Below the pieces are notes generated by a model. That model did not search any database. It was not told where the DNA came from and was given only the letters and a program-made list of their open reading frames with translations. A stretch of 37,844 bases of DNA from an uncultured Candidatus Poseidoniales archaeon (GTDB lineage: Archaea; Thermoplasmatota; Poseidoniia; Poseidoniales; Thalassarchaeaceae), in assembly GCA_964645485.1 (NCBI GenBank), contig CAZXZO010000003.1:102580-140423 (forward strand). Reading direction: 5' to 3'. Positions 24,037-31,781 of the stretch are shown piece by piece. Positions within the stretch are counted from its first letter, which is position 1. Each line of letters opens with the position of its first letter. A program made the position numbers and the translations under genes.

Positions 24037-27000
24037 TCACAATTCAAGGTCGGAAAGTTCATCTTCGAGGGAGGCTAATTCAGAACGCTGTTCAGGGTTT
24101 GCTGGTGGCTCGACACCGTTAATCGTATCATCTCTTGAGGATGAGGCAGCGTCCATTTCGGCTAATTGGATATCAATATCTGCCAAGTCACTAATTTCTT
24201 CAACCGTCCCAAGTACCTCTGAATCAGGTAATCCAATTGTCATCCTACTTGTTAGGTCAATTCCGTCACTATCACTTGGGGCTTCTATTGGCTGCCATGT
24301 TTGACTTGAATCAGTTGGTTGAACATCATTTGGAGCAGCAATTGGAGATGTTTCCATTTGTTGAGAATCTGAATTTGGATTCATATGTGCAACGGCTGAA
24401 TCATTGATTTCTGGTCGCTCAACGGCAGTAAGTGAATGCGATTCGAAAGGTAACATTCCACTATTTTGGAAGGTCCATAAATCACCTACCGGAATTTCGC
24501 CTGTAAGTCCACTGACATCCAACCGATACTTCAGTTGCTCTAACACCTCAACCGTGCCTTCCAATCCAACTGCTTCACCGGTGGTCCTCTGGTCTGACTC
24601 AATGTAAATCTCATCAAGTGCATGCTGAATCAATCTGCGCACTTCTTTTGAAACTGCAGGCAGTGCTTCTGGCATATGAGATATTTTTTCTAAATGTTCA
24701 ATTTGTTCACTAGGTAAGCCAAGTTCAGACATTTGCCGCAATACTTCTCTAAGATGCATTAGCATCGTGACTGACTGCTCGTAATCATTGAGTAGATTTT
24801 CTAAGTCGAGAACAACATTAGAAACTGTTTCTGCTAGTTTGTGTTCCAATCTATTTTGAACTGACCAACGAGTCAACCCACGAACTGTGTCAGCAGTTTC
24901 TGGTGCTTGCTGGCTGAGCAAATCCATCACTTCTGTAGAGAGTAAATATCGTGGTGTTTGTGCTACTTCATCAACCGTGTGTTGAATGACTTGTAGGCCC
25001 CGCTCAACTGCTCGGTCAAGTAAAACGACACTGAACCCACGTGAGCGGGCAGATGTCATCCGTGACAGAACTGGCTCGAGCATCGCTAATCCTGATTCAT
25101 CACCGAGTAATGCCCTGGCCAATGGCTCTTCTGAGAGACGGGCGCGTATACGGTCAGCTTCTGCAAGGTCTGCTAGAGCAAGTTCGTGCGCCCCTTCGAG
25201 ATCTTCTGATTGTTCAATCAGCATCCTTAACTCGGCTTCTGATGCACCTCTACGAGTGTCAAGGTCACCTAGTTCACGCATAAGTTGGCGGCGTTCTTCC
25301 ATCAATTCCCGAAGTTCTGATTGCAATAGAGTGTGCTTTCTATCCATTTCTGCACAACGAAGTCTCTCTTCCTCAACCATCCCTCGGCTGGAGTGTAAAT
25401 CTCCCTCTATCGAGGTTAACTCATCCCTACGTTGTTCGACTTGACGTTCAAGTTCATTGAGTTCTGCAGTTGCACTGCGATGACGCTCTCTTTGGGCCCC
25501 AACTTGTTCATGCAACACTCTCTGCACTCTCTCATCATCATCTATGATTCGCCTGACTTCAGTCAAACGGGATTCCGAGGTTTCGAGTTCTGACTTTACT
25601 CTAACTTCTTCAGCAAGTAAGCCCTCTAAAGCGTTGAGTAATTCTTTGCGAGATTCCATTTCTCCAAGAGCAGAAGCCATCTCTTCTGCTCGCTTTTTTA
25701 CTTGGCTTTCTAATTCAGCCACGCGGCGGGCGAGGCGCTCGGCCCGAGCAGATTGTTCTTCTCCAATCTGTTCTTTTTCTCTAATTTTAACTGTGAAATC
25801 ATCAAGTTGAGATGAAAGTGACATGCGCTCATCACGACCTTCTTGGAGGAGTTCTTGTAATGCTGAAAGTTCGGTTTTAAGTTCATCACGTTGAACTCTA
25901 GTGTTGTCAACTTTTTCCTGCATCTTGCCACTTTCTTTTTCCAATCTTGCGACATTGTTCGCATGTGATTGGATTCGGGCTTGTAACTCTGCAACAACTG
26001 GCCCCATCAGACTCTTTCGAGTAGTTCCTGGTAAACCGTCTGCAGCCTCTCCATCGTCAACAAGTTGCCAATTTTGTCGGCCGGTTTGCATTGATTCAAA
26101 ACCAAGTTCAAATCCATACAAGACATCCAAACGGCCTTTCAGTAGGCTTTTTCTATCCTCACTCCTAGTGCGACAGGAAGCAAGGCTATCACAAAAATTG
26201 TGGAGAGACCAATCCTCAACCGTACTTGCACGAAGAAGCAATCTCATTGCCCTATCAAGTCGAACGAGGTGAAGGCGGTTAGAGGATGATGTTGCATTTG
26301 TTACGGCTTTTTCAGTGGAGGTTATTCCTTGGCTACGAATGCCTACTGGAATACCATCAATCAAGGTGATTGCTACTGTAACCCCGTCGGTTGGAACGGA
26401 TTCTAGGTAGCCAGTGGTAGAATCTTCTTTTGCCATTTTTAATGCCGAAAGAGTCTGGTCAATTCCGCTCTTGGAATCTTTTATGGAAATCCCTTCAGGC
26501 AGTGGTTCTCCAGCATCATCACCAGCCAAGCCGGATGATTCGGTTTTGAGCATCGCTGCTGCGTTTGCCAGCAGTGCGGTGTGGTCTGCCTCGGAATCGG
26601 TCCATACGGCAATTGCAGCATCACCTGCTGGGGCAACTAATAGAGAACCATCAACAAGAGAAAGTGAAGAGGCAAGAGGTCGCTCTTGACCCATTCCTTC
26701 AGCGAATGATTCCATGGCATTGAGGTGGTTTTGGACCATAACAGAAAATTCCGCATTATCTGCAGGAAGGTCTCCTTCTGTGTGAACAAGCATTCCCTCC
26801 TCTAGTGCACATGCACCTCTAGTAACCTCACTTTTTGCCAGTGTTTCAATTAGTAAAGCAAGATCCTTTGTGGGGATATGCCCTTCTATTCTTGGCATTG
26901 GGAGTAGGGTTCCTAATGTTGCAGGGTCAACAAACGCCTCAAGCAAGCCTCTTGCAACCTGCTCAAACTCAGACTGAGTCCAAATCACGGCTCTTGATCT

Positions 27001-27252
27001 CAAATCAACAGAGTTTGAAAGAGTGCGTAATTCAGTTCGAGCATCTTCTGCGGCGAGGAATTTCTTGTTTGAACTTGAATCAGCTAACCATCCAGCAGAT
27101 TCGCCAGCACAAATTAGGCGATGACCCACAGGATTCTTTGCTCTGGGTTTGAAGTAAGATATCGCTCCGAAATCAAATGGGAAAGTTTTCATCTCCACAT
27201 TCAAGTCTATTTCTCCATCAACTGGCTCACCCAATGGTAGTTCAAACATCAT
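24037..27252 (-). CDS. 1071-aa multidomain protein: two LPxG-initiated alpha/beta domains (DUF2226/DUF4388-like) flanking a Roadblock/LC7 domain, an ~290-aa coiled coil, a helical domain and an acidic tail
   Basis: Roadblock pattern at aa ~130-237 (helix, strands, helix, SLVDGSLLVAPAGDAAIAVW, helix). E/R/L/Q heptads at aa ~420-708. No Walker A motif. The RBS overlaps the stop of the upstream gene. The CDS call is secure; the domain names are tentative. Confidence 0.7.
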   Translation of the reverse strand: MMFELPLGEPVDGEIDLNVEMKTFPFDFGAISYFKPRAKNPVGHRLICAGESAGWLADSSSNKKFLAAEDARTELRTLSNSVDLRSRAVIWTQSEFEQVARGLLEAFVDPATLGTLLPMPRIEGHIPTKDLALLIETLAKSEVTRGACALEEGMLVHTEGDLPADNAEFSVMVQNHLNAMESFAEGMGQERPLASSLSLVDGSLLVAPAGDAAIAVWTDSEADHTALLANAAAMLKTESSGLAGDDAGEPLPEGISIKDSKSGIDQTLSALKMAKEDSTTGYLESVPTDGVTVAITLIDGIPVGIRSQGITSTEKAVTNATSSSNRLHLVRLDRAMRLLLRASTVEDWSLHNFCDSLASCRTRSEDRKSLLKGRLDVLYGFELGFESMQTGRQNWQLVDDGEAADGLPGTTRKSLMGPVVAELQARIQSHANNVARLEKESGKMQEKVDNTRVQRDELKTELSALQELLQEGRDERMSLSSQLDDFTVKIREKEQIGEEQSARAERLARRVAELESQVKKRAEEMASALGEMESRKELLNALEGLLAEEVRVKSELETSESRLTEVRRIIDDDERVQRVLHEQVGAQRERHRSATAELNELERQVEQRRDELTSIEGDLHSSRGMVEEERLRCAEMDRKHTLLQSELRELMEERRQLMRELGDLDTRRGASEAELRMLIEQSEDLEGAHELALADLAEADRIRARLSEEPLARALLGDESGLAMLEPVLSRMTSARSRGFSVVLLDRAVERGLQVIQHTVDEVAQTPRYLLSTEVMDLLSQQAPETADTVRGLTRWSVQNRLEHKLAETVSNVVLDLENLLNDYEQSVTMLMHLREVLRQMSELGLPSEQIEHLEKISHMPEALPAVSKEVRRLIQHALDEIYIESDQRTTGEAVGLEGTVEVLEQLKYRLDVSGLTGEIPVGDLWTFQNSGMLPFESHSLTAVERPEINDSAVAHMNPNSDSQQMETSPIAAPNDVQPTDSSQTWQPIEAPSDSDGIDLTSRMTIGLPDSEVLGTVEEISDLADIDIQLAEMDAASSSRDDTINGVEPPANPEQRSELASLEDELSDLEL

Positions 27253-27253
27253 A

Positions 27254-27604
27254 TCACCTCAATAAATCCTCAATTACACTCGTTCTCGCTCGCACTTCAT
27301 GCCTTAGTCTTCCAATATTGGCTGTGCCTTGACTAGAGACAAAGAGAGAAAATCCACCCAAGAGTGGGGCTATGATTATATTACCAGATTCTGATTCCAC
27401 CCAAAACTGTTGCAAATCACCTAGGCTTGTTTGAGAGGCGGCTCTGCCTACCTCTCTGAGAGAATCTGAAAGACCGTTGGAAATTTCTACACCTTTCAAT
27501 TCAGGAGTGATGAAGGTGGCTATTTCTTTCATATCCACATCAACGACTGCTGCTGCTTGGAAGCCATCAATGCGGCCAAATGTAGCCAGTAATCTCTGTA
27601 GCAT
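27254..27604 (-). CDS. Roadblock/LC7 (MglB-like) protein
   Basis: MLQRLLATFGRIDGFQAAAVVD...LGDLQQFWVESESGNIII...LFV....ANIGRLRHEVR is a typical MglB pattern. GGAGAGG RBS before ATG 27604; alternative start at 27625. Confidence 0.88.
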   Translation of the reverse strand: MLQRLLATFGRIDGFQAAAVVDVDMKEIATFITPELKGVEISNGLSDSLREVGRAASQTSLGDLQQFWVESESGNIIIAPLLGGFSLFVSSQGTANIGRLRHEVRARTSVIEDLLR

Positions 27605-27759
27605 GTCCTCTCCCTGAAAATACATCACGTCGCCTACGCCTTCAAGAGGTTTTGCGCGTCCGGCCCCTAAAGGGCCGGTTTGAGTAGTAAAATCAATTCG
27701 CCAACTGAAAAATCTGTAATTTAGCAAATTGGAGAGTTTTTTCACACTAGGTGGGACAA

Positions 27760-27828
27760 TTTTTCCGTTGAAAAAAAACAAATTTTCCATGGTTGAATTT
27801 TCAATTGGAAAAAGTAAATTTCAATTGA
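27760..27828. promoter_or_regulatory. Array of related 10-mers and palindromes in the AT-rich divergent intergenic region
   Basis: TTTTCCGTTG (27761), TTTTCCATGG (27783), TTTTCAATTG (27798) and ATTTCAATTG (27818). Confidence 0.4.
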
Positions 27829-27888
27829 TTTATTCAATATTCTCTTTACACGCTCATTTGAAAACAAACGGCTGAGTGGCTCAAACCA

Positions 27889-28908
27889 ATGAGTGCAATC
27901 ACTGTAGCATCTTGCAGTCGCTGTCAAAGCCCAGCAGTGATTCATCAACGTTACAGTGGCGTTCACCTCTGTCATCGCCACCTTGAGGACTCCATTCGAA
28001 AGAGAACTTCCAAAGCAATGCGGGAACAATTAACACTCCCAAAAAACGCCCGAAAAGAAGATGGTTCACCAAGGATAATCCTAGTATGCATTTCGGGTGG
28101 AAAGGATTCTGCAGTCCTGCTAGATATGATGGTAAAAATCCTCGGACCAAGAAGGGACATTGAATTGGTAGCGGGAACTGTTGATGAAGGAATTGATGGA
28201 TATCGGGCACCTTCGATGGTGAAAGCGCTTGAACTTGCCAGTAGCCATGGCATCAGAGTTGAAACCATATCCTATCCTGAACTCGATTTCTCTCGTATGG
28301 ACGAAGTTGTCGATATGATGGATGATTTAGCATCTGCAAACAAAGAGGCAAATGGTCTCAAAGCCTGCTCATATTGCGGAGTATTTCGCCGCCAAGGATT
28401 GAATGAATTGGCGAAGCGGGTGGGTGCTGAATGGATGGCACTTGGTCACAATTTAGACGACACGGCACAAACAATTCTAATGAATTTACAAAAAGGTGAG
28501 ATTGACAGAACAATTAGGTTAGCCCCTCACACTTGGGCCCCAATTGATGGATTAGTACCACGAATAGTACCTTTAAGATGGGTGCCAGAACAAGAGATTC
28601 ATGCCTATGCGCAGGGTGCTGAATTACCAATTTTCCACGGTGATTGCCCCCACGCCCCTGGTGCTTTACGACAAAGGAGTAGAGATATGATCGCCCGGCT
28701 AGAGCAAGACGTCCCAGGCACACGGCACGGGCTAGTTCACTCAATGGATGCTATAAGGGAATTACAAATTGAAGCAAAAGGAGAACCACTTACAACCGAG
28801 TGGGCCAGTGATAGGATGCACCACTGTGAACTGTGTGGTGAAGCAACAAGCAATCCAATTTGTCAAGCATGCAAAATGCGTGGATGGATAACTGACCTAA
28901 ATGATTGA
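27889..28908 (+). CDS. ncsA: tRNA 2-thiolation protein NcsA/Ctu1 (TIGR00269-like)
   Basis: PP-loop SGGKDS, CSYCGVFRR and GHNLDD, with N- and C-terminal Cys-rich zinc fingers. Confidence 0.88.
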   Translation: MSAITVASCSRCQSPAVIHQRYSGVHLCHRHLEDSIRKRTSKAMREQLTLPKNARKEDGSPRIILVCISGGKDSAVLLDMMVKILGPRRDIELVAGTVDEGIDGYRAPSMVKALELASSHGIRVETISYPELDFSRMDEVVDMMDDLASANKEANGLKACSYCGVFRRQGLNELAKRVGAEWMALGHNLDDTAQTILMNLQKGEIDRTIRLAPHTWAPIDGLVPRIVPLRWVPEQEIHAYAQGAELPIFHGDCPHAPGALRQRSRDMIARLEQDVPGTRHGLVHSMDAIRELQIEAKGEPLTTEWASDRMHHCELCGEATSNPICQACKMRGWITDLND

Positions 28909-28912
28909 ATCA

Positions 28913-29275
28913 TCAAAATGTGCAGAATTCTGGTGCTGAAAACCAGCGTTTCCTCCGCTTGGCTACATAGCGGTAAACAACATCTCGAATTGGTAGTGGA
29001 ATTAGCCATGCAAGTGCCATTGGCCTCCACCACCAGCGCAAGTAATTTGAAAGTCTGACAATCGCAGCAGAGCGAATATATGGCTTGCCATTTTTGAACA
29101 GGTAAACAGAATCTGCATTTTGTTGCTTTTCAGATAGAGTTGAAATCAAGTTTTTCCCTTCTTCTGACTCAATTGCAAGAATTCTGAGAGATTTCTTTGG
29201 TGAAATTCTAGGTTGTAAAAACCGCGCGCCCCGGTTACACAAACCGCAGTCACCATCTAACAGAAGTGTATCCAT
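28913..29275 (-). CDS. DCC1-like thiol-disulfide oxidoreductase (DUF393)
   Basis: Motifs LLDGDCGLCN, YIRSAA and RD.VYRYVAKRR.RWF. Confidence 0.88.
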   Translation of the reverse strand: MDTLLLDGDCGLCNRGARFLQPRISPKKSLRILAIESEEGKNLISTLSEKQQNADSVYLFKNGKPYIRSAAIVRLSNYLRWWWRPMALAWLIPLPIRDVVYRYVAKRRKRWFSAPEFCTF

Positions 29276-29289
29276 GAATTTGAAAAAAA

Positions 29290-29757
29290 TCACAATAGAT
29301 TGTCAATAATAGCATCCATGTCTTGGGGCCGGCAGCAGTAATGACAACGAAGTTGTAATGGGTCCACCGAAATTACCGCCAATCTATGAGATTGAGGTTC
29401 ACGGTGTCCGTGAGTGATACAGTTTGAGAAAGTGCATTTTGCAACATTTACCAACTCTTCTTGAGCCTCTACGGTACGTTTCTTAGCAACTGAATAATTG
29501 CGAATGATAGCAACTGATGCATGTGGAGCGATGATGCTCAATCGGTCAAGTTCTTCTTGAGTTAATTCTCGGTCCTCAACCTTGATGATATCCTTTGCAC
29601 CATATTTTCCTGATGGGACATTCATCACTAATGAGACTGGATTGGAGTTCTTTCCTGAGATTCTCAACATACGCAGAACTTTCAACGCTGCTCCTGCTGG
29701 TATATGGTCAATAACTGAGCCATTACAAATGGCTGTAACTCTGCGCATTTCACTCAT
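29290..29757 (-). CDS. pyrI: Aspartate carbamoyltransferase regulatory subunit
   Basis: Motifs NGSVIDHIPAG and KDIIKVE, four zinc Cys (C...NC, CHYC), and an ATGA overlap with pyrB. Confidence 0.95.
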   Translation of the reverse strand: MSEMRRVTAICNGSVIDHIPAGAALKVLRMLRISGKNSNPVSLVMNVPSGKYGAKDIIKVEDRELTQEELDRLSIIAPHASVAIIRNYSVAKKRTVEAQEELVNVAKCTFSNCITHGHREPQSHRLAVISVDPLQLRCHYCCRPQDMDAIIDNLL

Positions 29758-30689
29758 TTAGCCACCTCCTCTGGAACAGCCACACCAAATACAAAGCAGA
29801 GTAAGGCCATCCGAGCCACTACTCCATTGAACGCTTGGTCAAAATAAGCAGCATGTGGAGTGTTATCCACATTAGGGTGAATTTCGTCAACTCTAGGTAG
29901 TGGATGCATTATTATCATTGATTCTTTCACATCTTTCAAGTCCTCACGACTTAATTTGTAAATGCCAGCGACTTTCAGGTACTCGTCTTCATCTGGGAAT
30001 CTTTCTTTCTGAATTCTAGTCATATAGATGACATCAGCGGTAGGGAGGTTTGACAGCAAATCTTCTGAAACATTGATGTTTGCTCCACTCTCTTTCAAGT
30101 CTTCAATTATCTCCTCTGGCATACTCAGTGCAGGTGGTGCTATGAAAGTCAAAGTGGCCCCAAATCGAGCAAGAGCATGGGATAAACTGTGAACAGTTCT
30201 GCCATAACGCAAGTCACCAACCATCACCACGTTGAGATTTAGTTTGCCATGGGCCTGTTTTATTGTGAACAAATCAAGTAGAGTTTGAGTAGGATGATGG
30301 CCCGCTCCATCGCCACCATTTAGGATTGGAATATCACAAGCATCTGCCGCATATTGTGCCGCTCCTTGCCGCGGATGACGTAGCACCGCGATGTCACAAT
30401 AACCGTCAACCATCTTCATTGTGTCAAAAAGTGTCTCACCCTTGGTAACTGATGATGATGCAAGGGCACCTAGATTCACCACGTTACCGCCAAGGCGCTT
30501 CATCGCGGTCTCAAATGACATTCTAGTTCGGGTACTTGGTTCAAAGAACATATTGCCGAGCAGTTTGCCTTCTAGCAACGGTAAATAGACCTCTCCGTTT
30601 GCAGCTGGAAGCAGTTTTTCAGCATCTTTGAGGAGTGCTTCAATCTGCTCATTTGTCAAGTCATCCATGGTGATGAGGTCGTCCGCCAT
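29754..30689 (-). CDS. pyrB: Aspartate carbamoyltransferase catalytic subunit
   Basis: Motifs FFEPSTRT, HPTQ, GDLRYGRTVHSL, RIQKER and HPLP. Confidence 0.97.
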   Translation of the reverse strand: MADDLITMDDLTNEQIEALLKDAEKLLPAANGEVYLPLLEGKLLGNMFFEPSTRTRMSFETAMKRLGGNVVNLGALASSSVTKGETLFDTMKMVDGYCDIAVLRHPRQGAAQYAADACDIPILNGGDGAGHHPTQTLLDLFTIKQAHGKLNLNVVMVGDLRYGRTVHSLSHALARFGATLTFIAPPALSMPEEIIEDLKESGANINVSEDLLSNLPTADVIYMTRIQKERFPDEDEYLKVAGIYKLSREDLKDVKESMIIMHPLPRVDEIHPNVDNTPHAAYFDQAFNGVVARMALLCFVFGVAVPEEVAK

Positions 30690-30803
30690 CTCCTTCGCCT
30701 GCTAAAGCGGGTCGCACCATACCCATATTGATTGCGACCGATGACACTACCAACTGCCACCTAAAGTAAGTAGTTAAGAGGGCCGTTTGTGTGGCCCCAT
30801 CTA

Positions 30804-31781
30804 ATGCTCATTGTGAGAACTCCCGTTAGGGTTTCGTTTTGTGGCGGTGGTACCGACTTGCCTGCGTTTTACAAAAACAGCGACGAAGGTGGATTGGTTA
30901 CCTCCACGGCACTTGATGCCTACATCTATGTCACAGTGAACAAGCGTTTTGATAATTCAATCAGACTCTCCTACAGTCAAACGGAAAATGTTGATGATTT
31001 TGAAGACCTTAAACATGAATTAGTTAGAGAAGCAATGCGATTGACCGGGGTAACCTCTGGGGTTGAGATAACCACAATTGCAGATATTCCTGGCCAAGGA
31101 ACCGGACTAGGCTCTTCTTCAACAGTAACTGTTGGGTTGCTTCATGCACTACACACATACGCTGGGCGTGAGGTTAGTTCTCAACAATTGGCAGAAGAGG
31201 CTTGCAAGATTGAGATTGAAGTGCTAGGACAACCTATCGGAAAGCAGGACCAATATGCAGCCTCTTATGGAGGATTGAATCAAATTCGATTTAATTCGGA
31301 TGACTCGGTTGATGTTATCGCACTTGACTCCACAGCAAGTTCTAACCTAGGCAGCAATTTTTGTTTGGTATGGACTGGATTAACCCGTAAAGCATCTTCA
31401 ATTCTTGAACAACAAAGCCGAAACACTGCATCAAAAATGGAGCAACTTGAGGCGATGAGAGCGCAAGCAACACAAGTTTCGAGCCTAATTGAAACCGGAG
31501 ATTTTTCTGCGGTAGGTGAACTTCTTGGCAACACTTGGGAATTGAAGAGAACATTAGCAGATGGAATCTCAAACCCTGAAATAGATGAGTTATATGACAA
31601 ATTAATGCAACTTGGATGCACTGGCGGGAAGTTGCTTGGAGCGGGTGGGGGTGGATTTATTTTGGTTCAAACACCTGCCGGTGTACAACAGAAAATCTCT
31701 GCAAATCTACCAAACAAAGTGATTCCACTAAACCCCGATTTACATGGCTCAACACTAATACTTGACGACCGTGGAGAGTGA
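30804..31781 (+). CDS. GHMP-family sugar kinase, HddA (heptose-7-phosphate kinase)-like
   Basis: Motifs PVRVSFCGGGTD, GTGLGSSS, GKQDQYA and GGKLLGAGGGGF. Confidence 0.85.
   Translation: MLIVRTPVRVSFCGGGTDLPAFYKNSDEGGLVTSTALDAYIYVTVNKRFDNSIRLSYSQTENVDDFEDLKHELVREAMRLTGVTSGVEITTIADIPGQGTGLGSSSTVTVGLLHALHTYAGREVSSQQLAEEACKIEIEVLGQPIGKQDQYAASYGGLNQIRFNSDDSVDVIALDSTASSNLGSNFCLVWTGLTRKASSILEQQSRNTASKMEQLEAMRAQATQVSSLIETGDFSAVGELLGNTWELKRTLADGISNPEIDELYDKLMQLGCTGGKLLGAGGGGFILVQTPAGVQQKISANLPNKVIPLNPDLHGSTLILDDRGE

Noticed and set aside
24404-27152. Plus-strand ORFs inside the coiled-coil gene (24986-25444, 25901-26272, 26835-27152)
   Set aside because: They are Ser- or Gln-rich mirrors of Glu/Leu codons on the opposite strand.
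24037-27252. SMC/Rad50 annotation for the coiled-coil protein
   Set aside because: There is no Walker A, signature or Walker B motif, and no hinge or CxxC hook in the middle of the coil.
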